Positions 20,776-30,177 of a stretch of DNA of 64,000 bases are shown piece by piece. Every line of letters starts with the position of its first letter. Positions within the stretch are counted from its first letter, which is position 1. The notes under the pieces were generated by a model. It did no database searches, was not told the origin of the DNA, and was given only the letters and a program-made list of their open reading frames with translations. The translations under genes and the position numbers were made by a program. Source of the stretch: Bacteroidales bacterium (GTDB lineage Bacteria; Bacteroidota; Bacteroidia; Bacteroidales; GCA-2748055); NCBI GenBank assembly GCA_029938715.1, contig JAOZUK010000004.1:6465-70464 (forward strand), in the 5' to 3' direction.

Positions 20776-21309
20776 TTAGACCACATTATCTGCCGGGTTG
20801 TTCTTTTTTACAAATGCAGCAATGATCAAACCAAGAATTGAATACATCACCGGACCCATAATAAGTCCCATGATTATCATTCTGTTCAGGCTCATACTTT
20901 TATCCAACCGCTCAAGAGTTGTATCCATAATAGCCTCGGGGATCCTGGGGTTATTTAACAACTTCTGCTCCTGAACCATCTTCATCTTGTCTATCAATTC
21001 GGGATCGATAAGGCCCATCAGAATGTAGGTATAGATGGTAGAGATGATCGTGCCAATAATCCCAATGACAATGGTCATTTTCCATATCTGACCAAAACTG
21101 GCGTAACCGCCCAGGTACTCGTTTCTGTAGTTAACCACGCAATAGATAAGGATTGCCAATCCGATAATGCCAGTTACCCATTGCGTCCAGGTCTCCACCG
21201 AAAGATCCATTACATAAAAAATCACACCAATAAGAATCCCAACGAATCCAACAATAACACCATAGATGAGTGCCGGTTTCCAGAAGGGAGTTTTAATTCT
21301 TTCTTCCAT
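20776..21309 (-). CDS. DUF4199 membrane protein
   Basis: Multi-TM protein of 177 aa (FWKPALIYGVIVGFVGILIG...). It sits at the usual position next to the GT2 gene in Bacteroidota. Confidence 0.75.
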   Translation of the reverse strand: MEERIKTPFWKPALIYGVIVGFVGILIGVIFYVMDLSVETWTQWVTGIIGLAILIYCVVNYRNEYLGGYASFGQIWKMTIVIGIIGTIISTIYTYILMGLIDPELIDKMKMVQEQKLLNNPRIPEAIMDTTLERLDKSMSLNRMIIMGLIMGPVMYSILGLIIAAFVKKNNPADNVV

Positions 21310-21353
21310 GATAATAGAATTTATATAGTTAGTGGCTTGTACCCAAAAAAAAA

Positions 21354-21450
21354 GGGCAAGCTACTTATATCGCACCGCTACAACCGCTTACCCTTGCTAC
21401 CTTCCGGTCCTGGGGGAATTCAGCAGGAGCTGGTCGTATAAGACTTGCCC
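21354..21450 (-). ncRNA. ffs: signal recognition particle RNA (small/4.5S type)
   Basis: The minus strand reads GGGCAAGUCUUAUACGACCAGC...CCCCCAGGACCGGAAGGUAGCAAGGGUAAGCGG...UAUAAGUAGCUUGCCC. It has the conserved helix-8 core with a GGAA tetraloop (compare E. coli CAGGUCCGGAAGGAAGCAGCCAAGG). The 5' GGGCAAG pairs with the 3' CUUGCCC, and a U-run follows. Confidence 0.85.
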
Positions 21451-21456
21451 GGATCG

Positions 21457-21464
21457 CAAATTTA
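21457..21464 (-). promoter_or_regulatory. -7 promoter box TAAATTTG for SRP RNA
   Basis: Perfect TAnnTTTG match 6 nt upstream of the predicted RNA 5' end. Confidence 0.5.
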
Positions 21465-21467
21465 GTA

Positions 21468-21518
21468 AGAAAAAGCGGTTCTGCCAATATCTCATGCTTT
21501 GAGACATAACAGAACCGC
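21468..21518 (-). terminator. terminator of the ilv operon
   Basis: GCGGTTCTG...CAGAACCGC 9-bp stem with an inner TCTCA/TGAGA helix, followed by TTTTTCTT. It lies 26 nt after the ilvC stop. Confidence 0.6.
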
Positions 21519-21544
21519 ATATATTTGATCCTAAATACTTTCGT

Positions 21545-22591
21545 CTAATCTTGCGGACGCAAGCTTCTTACCTGCGCACCAGCCTGCCACATTTCTGAAT
21601 CGTGAATCTCTTTCAATTCAGCTTCCAGTAGCTTTTTGTAGTTGGCACCGCTGGTTTTCTCAAGCACAACCCTGGTCTCTTCGCCGCTTTTCACCCTCTC
21701 ATACAAATTCTTGAATACAGGTAGTGTGGCTTCCTTAAATTTGGGTTTCCAGTCCAGGGCTCCACGCTGGGCAGTAGCACTGCAATTGGCATACATCCAA
21801 TCCATACCGTTTTCATCCACCAGGCGGATCAGACTCTGTGTAAGCTCTTCTACAGTTTCATTAAATGCCTCAGAGGGGCTATGGCCATTCTCACGCAGTA
21901 CATCATACTGTGCTTCCATGATTCCTGCCAGGGCACCCATCAGAACGCCACGTTCTCCAGTGAGGTCACTGTAAACTTCGCTTTCAAAATCAGTTTCGAA
22001 AAGATAACCTGAGCCAATTCCAATTCCCAGTGCCAGAGTACGTTCTTCTGCATTTCCAGTGTAGTCCTGGAAGACGGCGTAGCTTGAATTGATACCAGTT
22101 CCTGCCAGGAAGTTGCGGCGAACACTGGTTCCGGATCCCTTGGGAGCCACCAGGATTACATCCACATTTGCCGGAGGTATCACACCGGTTTGCTCCTTGT
22201 AGGTTATAGAGAAACCATGTGAAAAATAGAGTGCATCTCCCTCCTTCAGACAGGGTTTCAGGATGGGCCAAACAGAGCGCTGTGCAGCATCTGAAATCAG
22301 GTACTGGATCACTGTGGCTTTTTCAGCAGCTTCTGCAATGGGAAAAAGAGATTCACCAGGTACAAAACCATCTTTCACAGCTTTGTCCCAATCCTCCTTA
22401 AACTCGGGAGCCTGTCCTACAATCACATTGATGCCATTATCCCTGAGGTTAAGTGCCTGGGCAGGGCCTTGAACACCATATCCAATGATTGCAATCACTT
22501 CGTCTTTGAGCACTTTCTGTGCCTTTGAAAGGGGAAATTCTTCCCTTGTTACAACGTTCTCTTCAACGCCGCCAAAATTCAATTTTGCCAT
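21545..22591 (-). CDS. ilvC: ketol-acid reductoisomerase
   Basis: IIGYGVQGPAQALNLRDNG NADP-binding motif; class I KARI, 348 aa. Confidence 0.96.
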   Translation of the reverse strand: MAKLNFGGVEENVVTREEFPLSKAQKVLKDEVIAIIGYGVQGPAQALNLRDNGINVIVGQAPEFKEDWDKAVKDGFVPGESLFPIAEAAEKATVIQYLISDAAQRSVWPILKPCLKEGDALYFSHGFSITYKEQTGVIPPANVDVILVAPKGSGTSVRRNFLAGTGINSSYAVFQDYTGNAEERTLALGIGIGSGYLFETDFESEVYSDLTGERGVLMGALAGIMEAQYDVLRENGHSPSEAFNETVEELTQSLIRLVDENGMDWMYANCSATAQRGALDWKPKFKEATLPVFKNLYERVKSGEETRVVLEKTSGANYKKLLEAELKEIHDSEMWQAGAQVRSLRPQD

Positions 22592-22628
22592 TTTATTCTC
22601 TATCTGTTTTAAAATATAACTATTTCCT

Positions 22629-23186
22629 TTAATAAGTGACTACCTCGCCGGCTGTCTCCTCGTGATGGGTTTCAATCTCCTTCAGGTAGGCTGAAATCTC
22701 CTTAATCTGCTTGGTAAGGGCAATCCGGCCCGACCTGGCAAACTGCAGTACACCATAGGATTCCAGATCTCTGAACAACAGTTTGGTGTCCTCTTTATGT
22801 CCGGTTTTCTCTACCACAATATAGTCCGGCTCAATGGTCAGGATCCTGGCATTGTGTCTGCGAATCAAATTCTCCACCTCATCGCCATGAGCAAATGCCT
22901 CGGTGGGAACCTTGTACAGTGCGATCTCCTGGTAAACGATCTCATCCAGGGTGTGATAGAATGCCTTCAGGATTCCAATCTGTTTTTCAATCTGTTTGGT
23001 CACCGATTTAGCCATCGCTTCAGTGGTCTTGATCACAATGGTAAACCTGTAGATCCCCCTTATTTCTGATTCAGACGTATTTAACGACTCTATGTTTATT
23101 TTCCTTCGGGAAAAGATCACCGTGATCCTGTGCAGGAGTCCCACTTTATGCTCACTGAATACTGATAATGTATATTCCTTTTTCAT
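22629..23186 (-). CDS. ilvN: acetolactate synthase small (regulatory) subunit
   Basis: ACT domain: YTLSVFSEHKVGLLHRITVIFSRRKINIESLN. Confidence 0.9.
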   Translation of the reverse strand: MKKEYTLSVFSEHKVGLLHRITVIFSRRKINIESLNTSESEIRGIYRFTIVIKTTEAMAKSVTKQIEKQIGILKAFYHTLDEIVYQEIALYKVPTEAFAHGDEVENLIRRHNARILTIEPDYIVVEKTGHKEDTKLLFRDLESYGVLQFARSGRIALTKQIKEISAYLKEIETHHEETAGEVVTY

Positions 23187-23198
23187 CTCTATAATGCT

Positions 23199-24932
23199 TT
23201 AGTCTAAACGAATATCTGATACGGAGGCCCCGGCTTCCACCATGGGGAAGATATTTCCCTCCTTTTGAACTTCAATTTCCAGTAAGAAGGGTCCGTCAAA
23301 AGCCAGTAAGTCATCCATGGCCTGATCGAGATCTTTCCGATCTGTAATTTTCTTTGAGGGAACACCAAATCCTTCAGCAATCTTACCAAAATCCGGATTG
23401 GTAAGTCCGGTGCTGGCATAACGGCCATCAAAAAACAACTCCTGCCATTGCCTTACCATACCCAGGTATTGGTTATTAAGGAGAATCATCTTTACAGGAA
23501 GTTTATACTGTGCGATGGTTCCCAGTTCCTGTATGGTCATCTGGAACCCGCCATCTCCGGAAACGGAAACCACCGGGCGATCAGGATTTGTAAACGCCAC
23601 ACCCATGGCCGCCGGCATGCCAAAACCCATGGTCCCCAGTCCACCCGAAGATACCCAGGAATTGTGTTCCTTATGCTTGTAATACCTGGCGGCAGCCATC
23701 TGGTGCTGACCCACATCGGTCACAACAATAGCCCTTCCATCTGTTTTCTCAGAAAGCTTATGAATTACCTCCCCCATATGCATTTGGGGATCATTGGAGA
23801 AACAATCCTTGCTGATTACCTTCTCCTGCTCAATGGCTTCAAGATCTCTGAAGGAAGCCAGCCACTCGGCATGTTCTGCAAACTGGATTTTCGGAAGCAG
23901 CAACTTAAGCGCTAATTTTGCATCGGAATGGATCGCCACATCGGTCTTGATGTTCTTATCAATCTCGGCCCGGTCAATCTCAATGTGGATCACTTTGGCC
24001 TGCTTTGCATAGGTATTGATGCCTCCGGTTACACGGTCATCGAAACGCATTCCAATGGCTATAAGTACATCACACTTATTGGTGTTGATATTGGGGGCGT
24101 AATTCCCATGCATTCCAAGCATACCAACTGCCAGCGGATGATCCTCCGGAAACGCTGACAACCCATTTAGTGTGTTCCCTACGGGAATCCCTGCCTTCTC
24201 CACAAATTCTTTAAACTCAGCCTCAGCACGGGAGATGGTCACTCCCTGCCCGCAAAGCACAAATGGACGCTTAGCTCCATTGATCAGTAAAGCAGCCATA
24301 TCGATGCTTTCGGAAGTGGGTTTGGGATTAGGCATATAACTCCTTACATGGGTCCTTTTTTTGTAGTTATACTCCACCTCTTCCATCTGCGCATTCTTGG
24401 TAATGTCGATAAGCACCGGACCAGGTCTGCCGGAGTTGGCATAGAAGAATGCCTTTGCCACCACATCACAAATCTCATCTGCGCTGGTGATCTGGCAGTT
24501 CCATTTGGTAATAGGCATGGACAAACTGACCATATCCGTCTCCTGGAAAGCGTCAGATCCCAACAATGGTGCACCCACCTGACCGGTGATACACACCAGT
24601 GGGGTAGAATCGAGCATGGCATCTGCCAGTCCGGTAACCAGGTTGGTTGCGCCGGGACCCGAAGTGGTAAAACAAATTCCAGGTTTCCTCGAGATCCTGG
24701 CATATCCCTGGGCCGCATGCACTGCACCCTGTTCATGCCTCACCATCACGTGTTTAATCTTGTCCTCATAATGATACAATGCATCATAAAAAGGCATGAT
24801 GGCTCCGCCAATATACCCGAAAGCGGTATCAACGCCTTCCTCCAGCAATGCATGAAGGAGTGCTTCAGCCCCGGACATCTTTTTACCGGCCAACGTCTCC
24901 TCAGCTGCCTTCTTTTTTGTTTCAGTTTCCAT
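23199..24932 (-). CDS. ilvB: biosynthetic acetolactate synthase large subunit
   Basis: ThDP enzyme motifs [15 protein letters not shown] and GDGGFQM. MSGAEAL at 24878 may be the true start. Confidence 0.95.
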   Translation of the reverse strand: METETKKKAAEETLAGKKMSGAEALLHALLEEGVDTAFGYIGGAIMPFYDALYHYEDKIKHVMVRHEQGAVHAAQGYARISRKPGICFTTSGPGATNLVTGLADAMLDSTPLVCITGQVGAPLLGSDAFQETDMVSLSMPITKWNCQITSADEICDVVAKAFFYANSGRPGPVLIDITKNAQMEEVEYNYKKRTHVRSYMPNPKPTSESIDMAALLINGAKRPFVLCGQGVTISRAEAEFKEFVEKAGIPVGNTLNGLSAFPEDHPLAVGMLGMHGNYAPNINTNKCDVLIAIGMRFDDRVTGGINTYAKQAKVIHIEIDRAEIDKNIKTDVAIHSDAKLALKLLLPKIQFAEHAEWLASFRDLEAIEQEKVISKDCFSNDPQMHMGEVIHKLSEKTDGRAIVVTDVGQHQMAAARYYKHKEHNSWVSSGGLGTMGFGMPAAMGVAFTNPDRPVVSVSGDGGFQMTIQELGTIAQYKLPVKMILLNNQYLGMVRQWQELFFDGRYASTGLTNPDFGKIAEGFGVPSKKITDRKDLDQAMDDLLAFDGPFLLEIEVQKEGNIFPMVEAGASVSDIRLD

Positions 24933-24961
24933 GCTATTAAAGTATTTAGTTATGTTCCTTT

Positions 24962-26785
24962 TTAGTCAATTAATCTAATGGCACCTCTGTCAGCAGAGGA
25001 TACCATGCTTGCATAAGCTTTTAGCGCTTTGGATATGTTTCTTTCCCTGTCAGGTCTCCAGCCATTCTGTTTTTCATCTTCTTCCTTCCGCCGCTTTTCA
25101 AGCTCTGTGTCATCCAAAAGTATATCCATAGAGCGTGCCGAAATATCAATGCGGATCCGGTCACCATCCCTGATCAAACCAATGGCTCCGCCATCAGCGG
25201 CTTCTGGAGAGACATGACCTATGGACAATCCTGAAGTTCCACCAGAAAACCTACCGTCTGTTATCAATGCACACTTCTCCCCCAGGTGCCTGGACTTGAT
25301 ATAGGAGGTTGGGTAGAGCATCTCCTGCATACCAGGTCCTCCCTTGGGCCCTTCATAACGAATGACCACCACATCCCCGGCTTCCACCTTTTTCTCAAGG
25401 ATTGCATCGCAGGCATCATCCTGAGAGTTGTAGACTTTGGCCGGACCTTCGAACTGAAGGATATTTTCTGAAACACCCGCAGTCTTAACAATGCTTCCCT
25501 GTTGTGCGATGTTACCCGTTAAAACTGCAAGCCCTCCATCCAGACTATATGCATTTTCTATACTCCTGATACAACCGGTCTCCCTGTCCAGGTCAAACTC
25601 TTTATACCGCGATTCCTGTGAGCCCAATTTCAGGTTTATGCCACCACCCGGTGCAGCAGAATAGACCTCTTCGATCTGGTCACAGCGTTCCTTGTTCACA
25701 AGGTCAAAACAATTTATAGCCTCACTGAGGGTTTTTCCATCCACACGGGAAACGTTGCCCTTAATAAGGCCAGCCCTGTTTAATTCGGCCAGAATCCCCA
25801 TGATACCTCCGGCCCGGTTCACATCCTCCACATGGTATTTTGAACTGGGAGCAACCTTACAAAGGACAGGTGTGGTCTTGGAAAGCCTGTTGATATCCTC
25901 CATGGTAAAATCCACTCCGGCTTCATGGGCAATAGCCAACAGGTGAAGCACCGTATTGGTGGACCCACCCATAGCTATATCCAGTGTCATGGAGTTCTCA
26001 AAGGCTTCAAAGGTCGCTATACTCCTTGGCAGAACGCTTTCATTCCCCTCTTCATAATAACTTCTTGTATTCTCAATTAGTTGTTTTGCAGCTTTTTCAA
26101 ACAGTCTTTTTCGCTCCACATGGGTAGCCACCACAGTACCGTTTCCAGGTAGTGCCAGTCCAATGGCTTCATTCAGACAATTCATTGAATTGGCGGTGAA
26201 CATACCAGAACAGGAGCCGCAGGTGGGACAGGCAATTTTTTCAATCATTGATAGTTTCTCATCGCTCACTGCGGGATCTACAGCCATGACCATGGGATCG
26301 ATCAGGTCATAGGCTTCATCGCCATCCCTTCCCGCTTCCATGGGTCCACCAGAGACAAAAATAACCGGGATATTCAACCTCATGGCCGCCATCAGCATAC
26401 CAGGGGTAATCTTATCACAGTTGGAGATGCAAAAGAGTGCATCCACCTTATGAGCATTGGCCATGTATTCGATGCTATCCGCAATCAGGTCCCTGGATGG
26501 AAGTGAATAGAGCATTCCATCGTGCCCCATGGCAATCCCGTCGTCGATGGCAATGGTATTAAATTCGGCAGCAAAGTATCCGGCCTCTTCAATTATTTGC
26601 TTTACCTCCTGACCAATGTGATGAAGGTGGGTGTGACCGGGGACGAATTGTGTAAATGAGTTGGCAATACCAAAAACAGGTTTCCCAAACTGGTCCTCTT
26701 TCATCCCATTGGCTCGCCAGAGGCTTCTGGCACCGGCCATTTTTCTGCCCATGGTGCTGGTGTGACTTCGGTACTGAATCTTCAT
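24962..26785 (-). CDS. ilvD: dihydroxy-acid dehydratase
   Basis: [24 protein letters not shown] resembles the E. coli IlvD N-terminus. Also has CDKITPGM and GGPGMQEML motifs. Confidence 0.97.
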   Translation of the reverse strand: MKIQYRSHTSTMGRKMAGARSLWRANGMKEDQFGKPVFGIANSFTQFVPGHTHLHHIGQEVKQIIEEAGYFAAEFNTIAIDDGIAMGHDGMLYSLPSRDLIADSIEYMANAHKVDALFCISNCDKITPGMLMAAMRLNIPVIFVSGGPMEAGRDGDEAYDLIDPMVMAVDPAVSDEKLSMIEKIACPTCGSCSGMFTANSMNCLNEAIGLALPGNGTVVATHVERKRLFEKAAKQLIENTRSYYEEGNESVLPRSIATFEAFENSMTLDIAMGGSTNTVLHLLAIAHEAGVDFTMEDINRLSKTTPVLCKVAPSSKYHVEDVNRAGGIMGILAELNRAGLIKGNVSRVDGKTLSEAINCFDLVNKERCDQIEEVYSAAPGGGINLKLGSQESRYKEFDLDRETGCIRSIENAYSLDGGLAVLTGNIAQQGSIVKTAGVSENILQFEGPAKVYNSQDDACDAILEKKVEAGDVVVIRYEGPKGGPGMQEMLYPTSYIKSRHLGEKCALITDGRFSGGTSGLSIGHVSPEAADGGAIGLIRDGDRIRIDISARSMDILLDDTELEKRRKEEDEKQNGWRPDRERNISKALKAYASMVSSADRGAIRLID

Positions 26786-26812
26786 TTTCTAATCATCGTT
26801 TACTATAAACAC

Positions 26813-26845
26813 TGAAAAAGCCATCCTCTTTGCTGAGAATGGCTT
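26813..26845 (-). terminator. attenuator terminator in the ilv leader
   Basis: The RNA reads AAGCCAUUCUC-AGCAAA-GAGGAUGGCUU-UUUC, an 11-bp stem with one G-U pair. It lies 27 nt upstream of the ilvD ATG. Confidence 0.7.
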
Positions 26846-26873
26846 CAAATATTTTTGATCTTATATACCACTC

Positions 26874-26942
26874 TCAGTCGGACCATGGAATAACCACGAG
26901 CACCACCACCACTAGAATGTTATATAAAATGTTATTCAACAT
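26874..26942 (-). CDS. ilv leader peptide, 22 aa (MLNNILYNILVVVVLVVIPWSD)
   Basis: ATG to TGA ORF in the 228-nt ilvD upstream region. It contains ten consecutive Ile/Leu/Val codons, sits 18 nt downstream of a perfect -7 box, and is followed by antiterminator and terminator candidates. Confidence 0.7.
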   Translation of the reverse strand: MLNNILYNILVVVVLVVIPWSD

Positions 26943-26959
26943 AATTCTAAAACTTGGGT

Positions 26960-26967
26960 CAAATATA
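26960..26967 (-). promoter_or_regulatory. -7 promoter box TATATTTG of the ilv operon
   Basis: Perfect TAnnTTTG on the minus strand upstream of the leader ORF. Confidence 0.55.
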
Positions 26968-27013
26968 GAGATTATATTAATTCACCCATACAAAACACAT
27001 AAAAAATAACATT

Positions 27014-28360
27014 TTATTCTTCATTTGGTTCATCCAGGCCTTCTTCTTCGGGTAACTCCAGCACATCTTTTGATTCATGTGCATCCAGCGTCTCCACCGT
27101 TCGCAGTTTTCTTTCAATCTGATTGGTTCTGGTGCTTCGCAGAGTTTCGAGAGACCCGGAGGCGCTATTCAACTGCTTCTGAACCTTGCCCAACTGCTCT
27201 GAAAATTTGCTGAATTCAGTCTTAACGGCACCAAGTACATTCCATACCTCACTGCTCCGTTTTTGGACAGCCAGGGTTCTGAATCCCATCTGCAAGCTGT
27301 TTAACAGAGCAGATAAGGTGGTAGGTCCTGTGACCGTTATTTTATAAGTCCTTTGGAGGGTTTCAAAAAGACCGGCATGCCTTAAAACCTCGGCATAAAG
27401 GCTCTCCACAGGTAAAAACATAATGCCAAAGTCGGTGGTATGAGGTGGATCAATATACTTCTCATTGATCATCTTTGCGAAGCCCTCAACGGCCCTGATT
27501 AACCGCTTCTGTGCTGTATCAATTTGCTCTGGAGATCCAGCGTCATATGCTTCCTGAAGTGCCTCATAGGGTTCAATGGGGAATTTGGAATCCACAGGCA
27601 TCCAGATCTCCTCATCTGTACTCTTTCCCGGTAATTTAATGGCATATTCCACATTGGCCTGACTCCCTTTTTTGGTGGCCACATTTTTACCGTACTGATC
27701 AGGTGTAAGGATCTGCTCCAGGATATTGCCCAATTGGTACTCTCCCAGCACGCCCCTGGTTTTTACATTGGACAGCACCTTTTTCAGATCGCCCACTCCG
27801 GAAGCAATATTTTGCATTTCGCCCAAACCTTTGTGAACCTGCTCCAACCTGTCACTCACCTGTTTAAAGGATTCACCCAATCGCTTTTCCAGGGTGGATT
27901 GCAGCTTCTCATCCACTGTTTTTCTCATCTCAGTTAACTGTCTGGTGTTGTCCTCCTGGATCAGTTTCAGGTGCTTTTCAATGGTCTTTTCAACCTCTTT
28001 TATATGATCGGTGGCAAGCTTATTGTTATCGATCTGCTGTCTGTTAAAATCTCCGAATTTCTGCCTGATCAGCTCATTCAGATCCTTAATATTCACTGCG
28101 AACTTCTCCTCGAAAGACTTCAAAGCCCTGGCTAGCTCCTCCCTGTTTGCCTGGGCCGAATCGCTGTTCTCCTTTCTGTTTCTCTGAAACTCGTCCTTAA
28201 TGGATTTCTCTGTTTTGTCCAGTGTGGTTTCAAACCTGAGAATTGAAGATTCCACCTCCTTCATCTGGGGCTTGATATCAAGCGACACCTTTTTCCTTAT
28301 TATAAGGACCATGTTTGCAATGGCCAGAAGGATTAATACACCCAGGAGAATTTCTGTCAT
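27014..28360 (-). CDS. rmuC: DNA recombination protein RmuC
   Basis: N-terminal TM helix, a long coiled coil, and the C-terminal RmuC nuclease-like domain (DFGIMFLPVESLY...TGPTTL). Confidence 0.92.
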   Translation of the reverse strand: MTEILLGVLILLAIANMVLIIRKKVSLDIKPQMKEVESSILRFETTLDKTEKSIKDEFQRNRKENSDSAQANREELARALKSFEEKFAVNIKDLNELIRQKFGDFNRQQIDNNKLATDHIKEVEKTIEKHLKLIQEDNTRQLTEMRKTVDEKLQSTLEKRLGESFKQVSDRLEQVHKGLGEMQNIASGVGDLKKVLSNVKTRGVLGEYQLGNILEQILTPDQYGKNVATKKGSQANVEYAIKLPGKSTDEEIWMPVDSKFPIEPYEALQEAYDAGSPEQIDTAQKRLIRAVEGFAKMINEKYIDPPHTTDFGIMFLPVESLYAEVLRHAGLFETLQRTYKITVTGPTTLSALLNSLQMGFRTLAVQKRSSEVWNVLGAVKTEFSKFSEQLGKVQKQLNSASGSLETLRSTRTNQIERKLRTVETLDAHESKDVLELPEEEGLDEPNEE

Positions 28361-28405
28361 AATGGAAGGGTTTAATGCTTAAAGATAGCACAATCGGAAA
28401 AAATA

Positions 28406-28413
28406 TACCTTTG
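28406..28413 (+). promoter_or_regulatory. -7 promoter box TACCTTTG, 4 nt before the rhomboid ATG
   Basis: Perfect TAnnTTTG. The spacing implies a leaderless or near-leaderless mRNA. Confidence 0.5.
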
Positions 28414-28417
28414 TTAT

Positions 28418-29044
28418 ATGCAGGAAGATCGAAAGCAATTTATATATAGCATTGTATTTCCTGGATTGTTCCTGTTGATCATCTGGGCCGTTAAGTTCTA
28501 TGAGGTTTCCATGGAGGTATCATTTGTGGAAGCCGGTGTCTATCCAAGAAGATTTAATGGTTTGAAAGGCATACTCTTCTCACCACTGATCCATGGAGAC
28601 TGGAAGCATCTGCTCGACAATTCAATGCCTGTTCTGCTTCTGAGCCTTTCCCTTTTCTACTTCTATAAGGACATTGCTTACAAAATATGGTTCTTGATCT
28701 ACTTCATCGGAGGGATTCTTCTCTGGTGTGTGGGCAGGCAGGCCTATCACATTGGTGCATCCGGACTCATTTATGGATTGGCTGCGTTCCTGTTTTTAAG
28801 CGGAGTGATCAGAAAGGTGAGAAGCCTGATGGCCATCTCACTGCTGGTGGTATTCTGGTATGGAAGCATGGTTTGGGGACTCCTGCCCTTCGATTTCAAG
28901 GTCTCATTTGAGGCTCATATCACTGGAGCAGTGGCCGGCGTGGTCCTGGCATTTGTTTACATGGACCAGGGACCTGAGCCCGACCGTTCTCCTCTGGATG
29001 AGGAGGAGGAGGAGGAAGTTGACAATGGGGCTGCGCCCCCGTGA
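28418..29044 (+). CDS. rhomboid-family intramembrane serine protease
   Basis: Catalytic GASGLIYGL and FEAHITGAVAG motifs, six TM segments, and an acidic tail DEEEEEE. Confidence 0.88.
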   Translation: MQEDRKQFIYSIVFPGLFLLIIWAVKFYEVSMEVSFVEAGVYPRRFNGLKGILFSPLIHGDWKHLLDNSMPVLLLSLSLFYFYKDIAYKIWFLIYFIGGILLWCVGRQAYHIGASGLIYGLAAFLFLSGVIRKVRSLMAISLLVVFWYGSMVWGLLPFDFKVSFEAHITGAVAGVVLAFVYMDQGPEPDRSPLDEEEEEEVDNGAAPP

Positions 29045-29060
29045 ATGGTGAATATGGGGA

Positions 29061-29714
29061 TCATCCATATTCCTGAACAATCTTTTCGTGCAGATAAGAT
29101 TCAATTTCTTCAGAACGGACTTTATATCTGGGCATCAGTAGTCCGAAGTTCTTTTCGTATCTGAACCTGGATCCATCTGAGAGTATGGCAAGGATCATTT
29201 TTGTTCTCATCCTGTGTTTTGAGTACCTGCCACAGAAGTCAACTATCTCCTTTATGCTCACTCCCTCCTGTAAAATGGAATATATGTCGTAATAGTCCCT
29301 GAATATATTTCTTCGGGACATAACCTCCAGTTTCATGGCACCCAGAGATAGTAGATTTGCCGGTCTTATCCTGTTGAGTGTCATGTCTGATGAGATTCCT
29401 CTTGAATTGGAAATTCCGTTTGAATAGAAGGAAAGCTTTACACCATTTAAAAGAAAGTCAACTTGATGTAGATCAAAAATATCTGTTTTGACCTCCCCCA
29501 GTTTCTTCAGTTCATCCTCTATCTTTAACCAGCTGACCTCAGCATTTGATAATCCCGGATCATCCTGCCACTTACAAAAGTCCAAATCTTCACTCAAGCG
29601 ATGTTGTATTTGAAGGCTAAGAGCAGTTCCTCCAATCAGCATATAATCATTTAATATATCCAGATTTTTAATGAAGTGGAAAACTTTAGTAGTATGTGGG
29701 CTAAGGCCTTTCAT
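29061..29714 (-). CDS. AbiEii/AbiGii-family nucleotidyltransferase (type IV toxin-like)
   Basis: MLIGGTALSLQIQHRLSEDLDF is the NTase motif GGTAL...R.S.DLDF. Confidence 0.85.
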   Translation of the reverse strand: MKGLSPHTTKVFHFIKNLDILNDYMLIGGTALSLQIQHRLSEDLDFCKWQDDPGLSNAEVSWLKIEDELKKLGEVKTDIFDLHQVDFLLNGVKLSFYSNGISNSRGISSDMTLNRIRPANLLSLGAMKLEVMSRRNIFRDYYDIYSILQEGVSIKEIVDFCGRYSKHRMRTKMILAILSDGSRFRYEKNFGLLMPRYKVRSEEIESYLHEKIVQEYG

Positions 29715-30049
29715 CAGGCCGACAGTTTCTTGTAATGGTTCCGGATTCCCGATTCCAAATAATCGTCAGGATTTTCGATATGGAACAGCAAATAGGCGAA
29801 AAGTTTATTCATCGAATAAAAACGAACATCAGGCAGTAATCGCTCTTCCCAAACCCTGCGAATTTGACTTTCAGAATAGATGGAAAAGAGTTGATAGATA
29901 CTATCCAGATCGGAGTGGATCAGTACCTTTTCGATCAGCTGATTATCAGAAATAGTATTCATCTCCGGTTTCTCATAAGACCAGAAAGCCTGATTGCATA
30001 TAAGCTCATTAAGCAATACCTCTTTTATTTCTCTGCTATTTTGATCCAC
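29714..30049 (-). CDS. small hypothetical protein translationally coupled to the AbiEii-like gene (putative cognate antitoxin, no obvious HTH)
   Basis: Its stop TGA overlaps the AbiEii ATG by 1 nt (TGATG). The track start TTG at 30100 lies upstream of a perfect -7 box (30071-30078, TACCTTTG), so GTG at 30049 is the first start downstream of that box. The ORF contains AFWSYEKPEMNTISDNQLIEKVLIHSDLDSIYQLF. Confidence 0.55.
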   Translation of the reverse strand: MDQNSREIKEVLLNELICNQAFWSYEKPEMNTISDNQLIEKVLIHSDLDSIYQLFSIYSESQIRRVWEERLLPDVRFYSMNKLFAYLLFHIENPDDYLESGIRNHYKKLSA

Positions 30050-30177
30050 TAATTGAAATGCTAGTTCTAACAAAGGTATAGATTGGGGAAGTATTATCAA
30101 ATTAAACTATTATCGATTACTTTTCCACTCTTAATTATTAAGCTTTTATGCTATTTTTAGGCCCTCAACGGACCTAT

